Below, in pieces: positions 1-11,550 of a DNA stretch of 64,000 nucleotides. Below the pieces are notes generated by a model. It searched no databases, had not been told where the DNA came from, and saw only the letters and a program-made list of their open reading frames with translations. Positions within the stretch are counted from its first letter, which is position 1; every line of letters begins with the position of its first letter. Where the stretch lies: NCBI GenBank assembly GCA_001600815.1, contig BCKZ01000013.1, positions 397,621 through 461,620 on the forward strand, written 5' to 3'. The stretch is from Alloascoidea hylecoeti. Lineage: Eukaryota. The position numbers were made by a program, and so were the translations under genes.

Positions 1-1
1 T

Positions 2-880
2 TAATGTTAAGCACTGTTGCAGTACTTCATCAACTCTTACTTTAAAATCAGAGTTCATTGAAAAATGGTTGATGTCGCCGACCATTTTAGTTAATATAGG
101 CCTTTTCAATTCTATGGTGATGAGAGGCTCATNCATATGATAAATCACCAAATCTGATAATGTAGTTAATTTTACCTTTCTTCCTTTTAATTGGTTTATT
201 ACTCCGGGTCGTTCTCCACTGACGGTTAAATATGATGAACTCGTTAATGTATTAAAAATCTCGAGGCAGGGAGTAAACAGCTTGAGAAGAAGAAATTGGC
301 GGACGTTTGCTTCTTGCAATTCTCCTTCAGAGAAAAAGTTNNTNTTCAGAATTNACACCAATTGNTNANTTAACCCTATATATATAGGGTCTTTTACTAC
401 CCGTAACATTTCCTTGACCCACGGTTCGTTTTTAAAATCCAGCACTAGTTCTCCATCGAGTTCGAAAATAATCTCCTTCGTATAATCACTTAATTTGTTT
501 CTTTTCGACGTAACCCCACTTGCTGTTGTAGACTTACTGGTAATTGTTTTGAGACTACCAGTACGAGTTTGGCGCTTACTGCTACTTTTGTTGAGACTAC
601 CAGTATTCATTATGGGTTTACTTGATCCTGCAATTTGACTACCAGTTTGAATCAACCCCGTCATTGGAATATTAAATAAAAAATTTACCATTACGTCTGG
701 ACTGCAATTGATCATTATACGTTCTGCGGTAAGCTTCCTCAATTCCTCCAAGTTTTCTTGGATTTTTAAATCTCCAAAATAATTCGCCATATTTATTTGG
801 CATAATTGATCCCCATTTTCTCTGATTTTTTCTTCGACATCTTCTGCAAACCGCTTAAATTTCACTATAATACTCTCCAT
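2..880 (-). CDS. Unknown protein with a PD-(D/E)xK restriction-endonuclease-like motif; 3' end runs off the window
   Basis: ATG at 880 opens a frame with no definite stop (several n bases at 341-369) to the window edge, about 293 codons; it is absent from the ORF track. Translation includes EANVRQF...SGE...SDLVIY...ITIELKRP...VLQQ. Confidence 0.55.
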   Translation of the reverse strand, partial: MESIIVKFKRFAEDVEEKIRENGDQLCQINMANYFGDLKIQENLEELRKLTAERIMINCSPDVMVNFLFNIPMTGLIQTGSQIAGSSKPIMNTGSLNKSSSKRQTRTGSLKTITSKSTTASGVTSKRNKLSDYTKEIIFELDGELVLDFKNEPWVKEMLRVVKDPIYIGLXXQLVXILXXNFFSEGELQEANVRQFLLLKLFTPCLEIFNTLTSSSYLTVSGERPGVINQLKGRKVKLTTLSDLVIYHMXEPLITIELKRPILTKMVGDINHFSMNSDFKVRVDEVLQQCLTL

Positions 881-1605
881 TCTGTGTGGTAAAGAAAAGA
901 AAATGGGACTGATCAGAAGGATGAGGTAGAAGTATGGCGATACATTATAATTACGTTTAAAAAATATTTGATGGGTTTCTGATTCTAACATCTATACATT
1001 CCTTTCTTAAGTCGCGGATTCGCCTAATTAGGCAACTCTTTTTTATTGCGAAAAAGATGTTATAGTAGTAAATCCCGAATTCACCAGCGGCCGTTGACTT
1101 ATTAGCTGGATATGAATAATTGAGAGTGAATTAAGATGCTATATGTAAAACTACAGGGATATCTAGAAAATCATTATAAAGCTGAATTTTTAAATAGACA
1201 ACAATCATTTTACTTAATTTCGATTAATTAATGTGTATATTATGGTCCGAAGCATATATTATAAAACAATTAATTAATTGTTTGTTTCTATAAATTATTT
1301 TCAATCAAACATGATTGATGATACATCAAAATACTTTTATCTTACATTCGTTTGTTATAAATTATAAACAGTAAGCTTAAGCGCTGTGTGATGGAAAGGC
1401 ATGTCCACTCCTTTTCTTTTATATTATTATTTATTCTTTTTCATTTTGATGCCAATGATGATGGCAAAAAAGTGTGTGTACAAATCTGATATAATAATGA
1501 TTGTAAGCCTCCTGAGCTCTGAGATCTTTAGCGCTCTTTTTTTTTATGCATCTTGATACAAACAGATTACTTAGGTTCCTTAATATATGAAAAGTTAAAA
1601 AAAAC

Positions 1606-1701
1606 TTATTTGAAGACACCAATTTGTGTGCTATTCATGCCAAAAGAGTCACCATCCAGAATCAATTGGCTAGAAGATTAAGAAGGGGTGGACGTTCTTA
1701 A
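1606..1701 (+). pseudogene. Histone H3 C-terminal fragment
   Basis: Encodes [18 protein letters not shown], then after a small deletion QLARRLR...RS*, matching the H3 C-terminus. No upstream H3 coding sequence. Confidence 0.9.
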
Positions 1702-2350
1702 ATTTAGCGTGATGGTTTATAATTATTATATGCTACTCGGATTTGTACATTAGTTACGGTTGATTAATATAATTTAGATTCCTTTGTAAAGTTTCTAAAC
1801 ATTAAACTTAAATTGTAGTTTTACACATTAATAAAATCTCTAGAATTTACGGAACAGTATATATTATTTAAGGATGGTTTAAGGTCGTGTAGACTCTGTA
1901 GAGTACTTAACAGAGCTGGTAATGATATTTCCATTTCTATTTGGAATGCTATATCCAAAGAACCTTAACTGTACACATTGTGATCATTCACAACGAATAA
2001 CGTAGTTTCCTTCTACAAAAGCTTTCTTTGAAAGTAAGCGCCCAATTGTTAATAATAGTTCAATAGAAAATCCAGGAATGTAAGAACGAAATGGGTTGAC
2101 TATATATGAGATAAACGTTCGTAATGATTTGTTAGTGGAAGGATCAGATTCAACAGACAATTACGTATAATTTTATTATTTAGGTATAATTTATCTTCGA
2201 GAGGTTTTAGGGGTCTAATAAGAAACTTATAAAAACGTCTGACGAAAAATGCCCGATATTCGTCTGTTACGGAGAAGTTTCTGGGAAAGACTAATTCAGA
2301 ATTGAAGTGCTATATATTAAAGAAGTAGCGCTATAATATAGCGGGTAGAA

Positions 2351-2713
2351 ATACCTTTTATTCGAGCTTTTGAAGGTGACATTCTTCAGCAGGACAATTC
2401 CGCAATCCCTATTTCAAAAAACCAAGAGAAAAATCAGATGGAACAACTATGTTGGTCTGCGAGCCCTCCAGATCTAAAGCACATCGAAAACCGTCTGACA
2501 CAAGCTCAAAAATGAGCGGAGAAAGCTAGCCGGAGTTATCCATTATGAAAGGTGGACTCATGAAGAGCAAGTATCGTCTTTCAGTGGTAATGTCAGAGTT
2601 ATGGTATCAGTTAGATCAATCACTTCCCGACCGCTCACCACATACACATCGCATCCATGCCTATGTGACTAAAACCAGTTGTAGAAACAAAAGGAGGGCA
2701 CATTGACTACTGA
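2351..2713 (+). mobile_element. Degenerate Tc1/mariner (DD34E-type) transposase C-terminal remnant
   Basis: LQQDNSAIP...LCWSASPPDLKHIEN resembles Tc1 FQQDNAPxH...WPxxSPDLNPIEN. The end SMPM*LKPVVETKGGHIDY* resembles SMPxRLxAVIxAKGGxTKY. Stops and indels present; TIRs not identified. Confidence 0.75.
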
Positions 2714-3886
2714 AATTTTCTCCGGTAATGATCATACAGGTTAGGGGACGTTATTTATATATATGTAGTAATATTTCCTTGAATTGGTCCTTTAATCAAG
2801 ATTTTATGTTTATAAAATGTCCAGTGTACAATTATATCATGAGTACGTTTTGGAACATTTAACCTTGTATGTGTGGTGATTCAAAAAAAAAAAGAAAATG
2901 ACAAATATCCACATATAAATTTATACAACGCAAATGTTGTTATTAATGAAACAGAACCTTTTGCATCAGAAAGCTTGCAATAATCAATGTTATTTTTCAG
3001 GAAGAGAGAAGAAAAAGTTACATTTCTGGACTAAGACAGTTCTAGTGCTGTAAAATTGCATTTCGCTGATACAAAAACAAAGATTCTAGATAGTTGAATG
3101 TTTCTTCGAATGTGATTGCTTTTTCGTCTATAAATGTTAATGATGATTTACTTATGAACACTTAGGATTTAATTCACAGTCTTTTATTAAAGGAAAATGA
3201 GTCATGTTTAAATTAAAGAATCAGTTAACAGATTTGTTTGTAATAAATCGAGTTTTCTATCTTTATTGGACGGTATTATTTAATTAAGCAAACTAATGTT
3301 CATTTGAATTCTGAAATATATTTATGGTACTGGTCCCTACTTTATGTTCTTTCTGGTATTTCTTGGGTGAAGGCGCACAATCTTCTACAATGCAACATAT
3401 GGCTATATAATGCTACATTATATCAACTTCCCTAGTATATCTTTTTTTTTTTTTTTCATCTTCGGCTTTTAAGGTTACTAATTATATATTCTTTTCCTAG
3501 TAACAAAAACTCTCTACATTATGAAAATAGTTCATTTTGGACCTCAGGACATTATGAAGGTGAATATTATCATATTGAGTTTTTAGCTTCCTCTTCTAAT
3601 ATATTTTCACCCAAATTTTAAGATGGTATTCGTTTATCCAGGTTAAAAGATTATTGTTTCGGTACAAAGTCAGGTTATTAAATAAAATCTAGAAGGATGA
3701 AGAACTCGTACCTACTGAAAAAGATTTTGCTGTACTTACATGTACAATACTAATAAGGTGTAGATACGTTTATAACTTAACTTATAATTACAATGGTATA
3801 TAAATTTAATTGCTTTTAATTACGGGATTCAAAGTTTAGTTTGGAATTTATAAAATATCGATATATTTAATTTATAAATATTGAGA

Positions 3887-5109
3887 TTAACTCACTATGT
3901 TCGCAACATTTGGTGTTATAACTAGCTTTTCGTTTAATTGACCTAGAAGATATGCTCTTTTTTCTTCTTTTGGATCCATATAAACAACATCTTGTAGAAA
4001 GTCTTTCCCAGAACCTAGGGAAACATCCATTAATACTTCACCTATGACTATTGATACTTTACCAGATCTGTGGACTCTTAATTTACCTATTCTTCCTTGT
4101 ATAGATTTGAATCGACTTAGTTCTTCACCAGATTGTATTTGGTCAGCAGTTTTTTCAACCTTAGGTAGAATTGGAGGGGTTTGTATAAATAATAGTCTTG
4201 ATAAGGCTTCTGCATTTGGGTCTTGTGGTGGCTCTGCTTCTGATCCAGCTTCTGTTTCTATAGGATTTGCTGGGGAAGGTATACGATTTTTAACTAAATC
4301 AGATATCGTTCGATAATCAAGAGCTTCTCTAATTCTTTCTTGTTCTGATTCATCTAAATCAATAAGAACAGGTTCTGGAGCTTTAGATTTTTCTTTAATT
4401 AAAGCTTCTAATCCATTATTTTCCTTTTCTGGATCATCTTTTATTATAATATCATCAGTAGTATCAGCCATGCTTAACTGTTCCTCTAATTTAGCTGCTA
4501 ATTCCTGTGGTGTTTTATCATTTCTTTCTGGTAATAATGGGAAAAATTCAGCTTCTCCAGCGAATTGAGCTTTTTGCATATTAACTCTTGTTGAATTTTG
4601 AACTTCATCTGAATCACTATCATCATCATCAGCTTTTGGTGAACCAGCTTCAGACTTTGTAATTAAATGTTTAATATAATCAGGTGTAGGAGATCCAGTG
4701 AACATTGGCGTAGATGAAGCTGATCCTCTTATTCTATTATCACTTATCATGACTGGAGCTGATAAAGCACCAGTAGCATTTAACACTCTTCCTCCTCTAA
4801 GCCTACCTCCTCTCCCTCTTCCTCTCCCACGGCCTCTTATATCTCTGCCTCGATTGGAAACACTAGGTTCTTGTTTAACAACCTTTATTAATGAACAAAT
4901 TTTGTTAGTTAATGTGTTACCAATTTTAAAAGTGCAATATTTCAAAAATATTAGAAAAAAGAGAAAATGAAACATACTGGAGCATCAGAGCTGTGTTGAC
5001 CTTTTCTTCTAGCAACATGTTTTGGTTTAAATTTTAATTTGGAAGGTCCTGCTGATGGAGTTGCCTGTTTTGATGAGGAAGGGGTTGTCCCTTCTGTACC
5101 TTCAGACAT
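3887..5109 (-). CDS. RPC53: RNA polymerase III subunit C53/RPC4 (2 exons: 5109-4978, 4882-3887)
   Basis: N-terminal LKFKPK motif and C-terminal GRIGKLRVHRSGKVSIVIG...LGQL RPC4 domain. Intron GTATGT...ACTAAC...AAG at 4977-4883 keeps the frame. Confidence 0.88.
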
Positions 5110-5174
5110 ATTAATTACAGATAAAACCAACTAAATGAAATAACTAATTACGAATATATTCAAATCGCTTTTTT

Positions 5175-5231
5175 TGAAAAATTGGCTACATAGAGTAAAT
5201 TACCCGGACTTGTGTGATGAGATGAAAAATT
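5175..5231. promoter_or_regulatory. Divergent ribosome-biogenesis-type promoter: Reb1-like TTACCCGG, PAC core GATGAG, RRPE-like TGAAAAATT x2
   Basis: TTACCCGG 5200-5207, GATGAG 5216-5221, TGAAAAATT at 5175 and 5223, between RPC53 and SAS10. Confidence 0.6.
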
Positions 5232-5301
5232 GTAGGAAAAAAAAAAATTCAAAAAAATTCAATTTTACATATTATTTAACAATTAAACAAAATATCCAAA
5301 A

Positions 5302-6259
5302 ATGGGGAAAAAGACCAGACCCGCAACTTTTGAAGAAATCGGTCTTGATGAAGTGGATGAGTTCAGTCTAGGGAGGGAGAAAATGCTTTTAGAAACGGCG
5401 TCAAAGGGTTCTGTAAAGTATCAAGATGAATATGAAGAAAGTGATGAGGATGTAATGAGTATAGGAGAAGGTGAAAGTGACAATGAGAGTGAGGATGATA
5501 TTGAAGATGAAGATGATGATGAAGAAGTTGCTGAAGAGAAAGTTGACGAAAAACGTGGTTGGGGTACATCAAGAGAAAATTATTATGGTGCTGATGAAGA
5601 TGAAGATGATTTCACAGCTAAAGAAATCGAAGCAGAAGCTTTAAGAATGCAAAAGGAACATCTTGAGGCATTAAATATTGATGATTATATTGATGAAGAA
5701 GTTTTACAAGATTGGTCAGAAAAAGTTAAAGATGGTGATTCAAAATCTTCCCTTTTAGAAAATAATAATTTACATTCAAATGTTAATGAATTAGATGATT
5801 CAACAAGATTAAAACTTTTAAAACTTTCAAATCCTGAATTTATACCATTAACTGAAGAATTTTCAAAATTATTACCAAAACTTGAATTATTAAAATTAAA
5901 AAGTAAAGAAGATGAAATATCAAAAATTAAATTTGTTGCATTAACATCTTATCTTGCTTCAATAAGTTGTTATTTTTCATTATTTTTATTTCAAGAAAAA
6001 CAAAATAATACATCAAATATGAAAAATCATGATGTTATGGCAACAATTCTTAATGCACGAGAAGCTTGGAGTCAGGCTAATGAATTCACTGATACTCAAG
6101 TTGAAGAAACTCTTGATCATGAAGAAACAAGTGAAGCTGAATCAAACAAATCTATGGATGAAGAAATCAGTAGTGAAGAGGAAGAAAGTAATAATGCTAA
6201 AATATCCAATCTAATAAACAAAGATAGTGATAGTGAAAGCGACAATGAAAGTGAGAGCG

Positions 6260-6292
<33 letters not shown>

Positions 6293-7059
6293 TTGAGAAT
6301 GACCTTACAGGAAATAATAAAAGATCAAGGGTTAATGATAGTGAAGATGAGGATGATCTTAAACTTGAGTTACCAGCTAAACCATCTAAAAGATCTAAAT
6401 TGGGTGTTAATCTTGCTTCAGCAGCACACATTAATGATGTTGATAAAGATGAAAAGAAAGCTAGGAAGAAGACACTCAGTTTCTATAGTTCAAAAGTTGT
6501 TAGAAGCGCTCAAAAGTATGAAGCTCCTACAGGTGATATGGATTTTCCTTATCATGATAAGAGATCTAATATTGAGAAACTTAATGAGGCTGCTAGATTA
6601 AGAGGTGCTGCTGGAGCTGATTTAGATGATGTATCTGAGGATGAGAATGAAAATGATTACAAATCTAAGAGCTATACGAAGAAAGTCAATAGCGATGTTG
6701 ATGATGATAATGATTACTATAATTCTGTTAAAACTAAAAGGCTTAACCAAAAGAAGGAAAGAAAAGAAGCTCATAGTGCAGCAGTTACAGCAGCCAAAGA
6801 AGGTAAACTTGCAGAATTACAAGAAAAAGTTGGAGAAGATGGTAAAAGAGCAATTAATTTCCAAATTTCTAAAAATAAAGGTATTACACCTCATAGGAAG
6901 AAGGAGAATAGAAATTCTCGTGTGAAGAAGAGAAATAAATATGAGAAAGCTAAGAAGAAACTTAGTAGTGTTAGATCTGTTTATAAGGCTCCAACAAGCT
7001 CTTATGGTGGTGAAATGACTGGTATTAAGAAGAATGTAACACGCAGTGTTAAGTTTTAG
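5302..7059 (+). CDS. SAS10: SSU processome component Sas10/Utp3
   Basis: WGxxxxxYYGAD motif, acidic tracts, and Sas10 C-terminal domain KRAINFQISKNKGITPHRKKENRNSRVKKRNKY...YGGEMTGIKKNVTRSVKF. Confidence 0.95.
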
Positions 7060-7168
7060 AATCATTATAAATTTATCATCATTTAAAATTCAAATATACT
7101 TAGTTTATAACACATTAATTGACATTAGTTACCCATTTATATTATATAGTATATTCAAATTTTCATTC

Positions 7169-8188
7169 CTAGTTAACCGATAACATTTGCTGCCATTTTT
7201 CTGCCAATTCAGCTATCCCCTCACCTGTTAAACTAGCATCAACAACATCTTTAGGAACTTTATTTTCTGAATGTTCAGTACTTGCAAATCTTGATTTATT
7301 TACTTCATCAACCAATCTAAATTCATATTTTAAATTAGGATTCAATAATTCATCCCATGAGAATAATAAACCATCAGTTTTTTTCATAAATGGATTTATA
7401 TCAATTAAGAATATTTTTGTAAAAGGTCTTGGGATATAAATATCAAATATAAAAGAGGAATCTTTAAAAGTTTCTTTTAAATTATCATTAAAAAATTTGA
7501 ATATTTCTTGCTGAAAAGTTGATTTTAATTCATTTAAATATTCATAAAGATTTAAATCTCTTTGTGTAATACCTATTATCTTTCTATCTTTAACAAAACA
7601 ACGGAATTCAAGAGACGGATTTAAATCAAACCATTTTCTTAAGACCAATTCAAAAGGCATATTTGGCTCATTATTCTCATCATCAGAGGTTGTACCGTTA
7701 AAAGCTTCTGTTAAGTCATGAACGATATACGAAGAAGATTTCAATAATAAGTAGATATCAGCGGCTGAAGTACATTTCGTTGTTTTTGAAGTAGATATCC
7801 ATGCCGCATCAGTTGGAGCAGACCAGTTTAATTTTGGAGCTACTGATCCATAAATGTCAAGCACTCTTTTTATTTCTTCGTGTAATTCCTTAAAATCATT
7901 CGTTGGATCTATTATTTTATTACTTATTTCATCATCTTCATCTTCGCTATCTTCAGAACCTTCGACATCAATCCTTTTTATCTTTTTACAATTATCTTCG
8001 TCATCTTCACTCCAATCGCTCCACTCATCATTGTTAATTGGAGATGATGGTAATATTATACTATCTGATAGTAAATAATTAATGAATGATTTAGGAAGAT
8101 TTGGTATTATTGTTGCTTTTGGAGAAAACTTTTTATATTTAGGATACCATGAAGAAAAAGAACAGTTTTTAATATGAGAAATGGACAT
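7169..8188 (-). CDS. CDC123: Cdc123/D123 ATP-grasp eIF2 assembly factor
   Basis: CSFSSWYP, PKLNWSAPxDAxWI, LLLKSS, LRKW...EFRCFV, LIDINPF motifs. Confidence 0.95.
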   Translation of the reverse strand: MSISHIKNCSFSSWYPKYKKFSPKATIIPNLPKSFINYLLSDSIILPSSPINNDEWSDWSEDDEDNCKKIKRIDVEGSEDSEDEDDEISNKIIDPTNDFKELHEEIKRVLDIYGSVAPKLNWSAPTDAAWISTSKTTKCTSAADIYLLLKSSSYIVHDLTEAFNGTTSDDENNEPNMPFELVLRKWFDLNPSLEFRCFVKDRKIIGITQRDLNLYEYLNELKSTFQQEIFKFFNDNLKETFKDSSFIFDIYIPRPFTKIFLIDINPFMKKTDGLLFSWDELLNPNLKYEFRLVDEVNKSRFASTEHSENKVPKDVVDASLTGEGIAELAEKWQQMLSVN

Positions 8189-8402
8189 TTTGAATATAAT
8201 ATATATTTATAAGATTTCAATATTTATCAATTAATATATTTTGAAAAAAAACAGCATAATTGTGAAAACGGCATGTGCACTCAGAAAAATGAAAAAACAT
8301 TTCTTCCCAGATCAAAAATACACAAAACACAAAAGCAAAAAGAAGACAGAAGAACAAGTCCTTTCAATTTTTTTTTTTTCTTTCACAAATAGATAAAAAA
8401 AA

Positions 8403-10240
8403 ATGGCTGCTGCAGTTAAACCTTCCAATTCTACATTCAGAGACAAAGAAAAGCCTCAGGAGGTCCGAAAAAGCAATATTATTGCTGCAAGAGGTATGAT
8501 TTTGTGTATTTAATAATTTAATATGGTGAAGACACGAAATTAACAATTCTTTTTCCATTGAATAGCTGTTGCTGATGCCATTAGAACTTCACTTGGTCCA
8601 AAGGGAATGGACAAAATGGTAAGCCATAAATATTTTGGAACATTGAAAAATCTCTTATATAAATGAAGATTTGATATAAAAGTTGAACACGTTTTAAGTC
8701 TTAATTCTAACAACATTGAATAGATCAAAACTGGTAAAGGAGAAGTCATTATTTCCAATGATGGTCATACAATTTTGAAGCATATGGCTGTTTTACATCC
8801 TGCTGCAAAGATGGTATGTTTTAATCTTGATTTCAGATCTGAATAGGTGAATGAAATATTAACCTTGAATATTTATGTCTTTAGCTTGTTGATTTATCGG
8901 GTGCTCAAGATGTTGAAGCTGGTGATGGTACAACTTCTGTTGTAATTATTGCTGGTGCCTTATTAGGTGCTGCTGAGAAATTGTTGAAAAAAGATATCCA
9001 TCCTACAATTATTGCTGAATCATTTCAAAGAGCTGCTGCAAGAGCTGCTGAAGTTTTACTTGACATGTCTACAAAAATTTCATTATCTGATAGAGATGCT
9101 TTAATTAGAGCTGCTTCAACTTCATTAAGTTCAAAAATTGTTTCTCAACATTCTTCAATGCTTGCACCATTAGCTGTTGATTCTGTTTTAAAAGTCATTG
9201 ATCAAGTTAGTGCTTCAAATGTTGATTTAAATGATATTCGATTAATTAAAAAAGTTGGTGGTACTATTGATGATACAGAACTTGTTGATGGTTTAGTATT
9301 AACTCAAAATGTTTTAAAAAATGCTGGTGGACCATCACGTATGGAAAAGGCAAGAATTGGTTTAATTCAATTTCAATTATCACCACCAAAACCAGATCTT
9401 GAAAATAATATAGTTGTTAATGATTATCGTCAAATGGATAAAATTTTAAAAGAAGAAAGATCATATCTTTTAAATATTTGTAAAAAAATTAAAAAAGCAA
9501 AATGTAATGTTTTATTAATTCAAAAATCAATTTTAAGAGATGCTATAAATGATTTAGCATTACATTTTTTATCAAAATTAAATATTTTGGTTATTAGAAA
9601 TATTGAAAGAGAAGAAATTGAATTTGTTTGTAAAAGTACTGGTTGTAAACCAATTGCTGATATTGATTCTTTTACTGAGGATAGATTAGGTTCTGCTGAT
9701 CTTGTTGAAGAAGTTGAATCATCTGGAAGTAAAATTGTTAAATTTACTGGAGTTAAAAATATTACAAGACCAACAATTTCAATTGTTTGTAGAGGAGCAA
9801 ATAATTTAATTTTGGATGAAACTGAAAGATCATTACATGATGCTTTATGTGTTATTCGTTGTTTAGTTAAACAAAAAGCTTTAATTGCTGGTGGTGGTGC
9901 ACCAGAAATTGAAATTTCAAGAATATTATTAAAAGAATCAAGAGTATTAACTGGATCTGAATCTTTTTGTTGGAAAGAATTTGCTGAAGCTTTAGAAGTT
10001 ATTCCAACAACATTAGCTGAAAATGCTGGTTTAAATAGTATTGAAGTTGTTACAGATTTAAGAAATAAACATGAAAGTGGTCTTAAATATGCTGGTGTTA
10101 GTGTTAGACGTGGTACAGCTTCAAATATTTATGAAGAGCATGTTTTACAACCTGTTTTGGTTAGTACAAGTGCTATTCAATTAGCTGCTGAATGTGTTAA
10201 GTCTATCCTACGTATTGATGATATTGCTCTAAGTCGATAA
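8403..10240 (+). CDS. CCT4: Chaperonin CCT/TRiC delta subunit (4 exons: 8403-8493, 8566-8618, 8724-8813, 8885-10240)
   Basis: Spliced N-terminus [13 protein letters not shown]...[12 protein letters not shown]...NDGHTIL...[12 protein letters not shown]4-type [12 protein letters not shown]. Three GT-AG introns keep the frame. Confidence 0.95.
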
Positions 10241-10400
10241 ATGCAAATGATTATATTTTTATTTTGATTTATTTTATAGATAATTTATATATTTTTGCCT
10301 AATATATATATATATATATATATAAGTGAAATTGCAAACAAATAAAGAGGAAAAACTCAATCTACGTTAATTAAATGAATACATATATATATATACGTAT

Positions 10401-11550
10401 CTATGATTGTGGTTTATTGATATATTTCACAGCAGTTTTTGAAAAAATATAAGATAATCCACTAAGAATAGTCGTTGTAGCAACAAAATAACTATTTTAT
10501 TCTGTGTTAGTATAATTATAAAAGTAAAATAAAAAAGAATAAAAACTTACCCAAAGTAATTCATTCCAATATCAAGAATCTGAATTGATTCTAATGATAA
10601 TGATTTTATAAGTACAGGATAGATAACAGAACCTCCTAAATATAACATTTGAAACATTGTATTATATTTTGAAATTGTTGTTGGATGAACTTCTGCTGAT
10701 GGTATACTAAAATCAAAATATCGAACCAATGTTTTTGGAGGTGATAATGATTTAAACCTTATAAAAATTGCTGATATACCAAGTGCTATATCTCGACCTA
10801 GAATTACAACAGCAATATATACTGTAATAAATTAATCAATATTAGTATTGCTATTATCATTGAATTCCCGTAAAGATATTTCAATAACTTACAAGGGATC
10901 TGGTTTGCTACAGCCAAGCAAACGGTACAAATCATCATCAAAGATTTATCCGCCATAGGATCAATCACACTTCCAACAACTGTCCCCATATTATATTTTC
11001 TTGCGATATAACCATCAACAAAATCTGTAATACAAGAATATGTAAATAAAGCTAATGCTGGTCCAGTTTGTTGTTGAACAATTAAATAACCAATAAAAGG
11101 TGATGCTACAATTCTAGTCATAGTTAAAAAATTAGGAACTGTATAAATATTTTCATGATCAGGTATTAAATTTTTAATTTTTTTAGGTACAGGGACTTTA
11201 TTTTTCATAATTTCATTTGATTTTTCTAATATTTCACCAGTCTTTTTAGATGATTTTTTTAAAAGTTGTTTTGTTTTTTCTGATGATTTACGTGATATAT
11301 TTGATAATTTTTTAATTGTTTCTGATTCTAAATTCTTTTTTATTTTATCATATTTAATATTAGCTTTTTCATTGAAGTTTGAATTTTGTATGAAAGTTGT
11401 GGAGAAAGATTTATAATTAAATCCATTTTTTATGAAACATTGATTTATTATAATTGAACGAGGTGTTAAATAAATGCAATTACATGTTGAAAGATTTTTA
11501 GACAAAAAAAACAACCTCTTTTTTATTCCAACGTTCGAAGAAAACCCCAT
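10401..11550 (-). CDS. CRD1: Cardiolipin synthase (3 exons: 11550-10893, 10821-10551, 10491-10401)
   Basis: ENIYTVPNFLTMTR, CDP-alcohol phosphotransferase motif DFVDGYIARKY...GSVIDPMADK, ILGRD, PTTISKYNT; basic mitochondrial-presequence-like N-terminus; two GTAAGT...AG introns. Confidence 0.92.
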
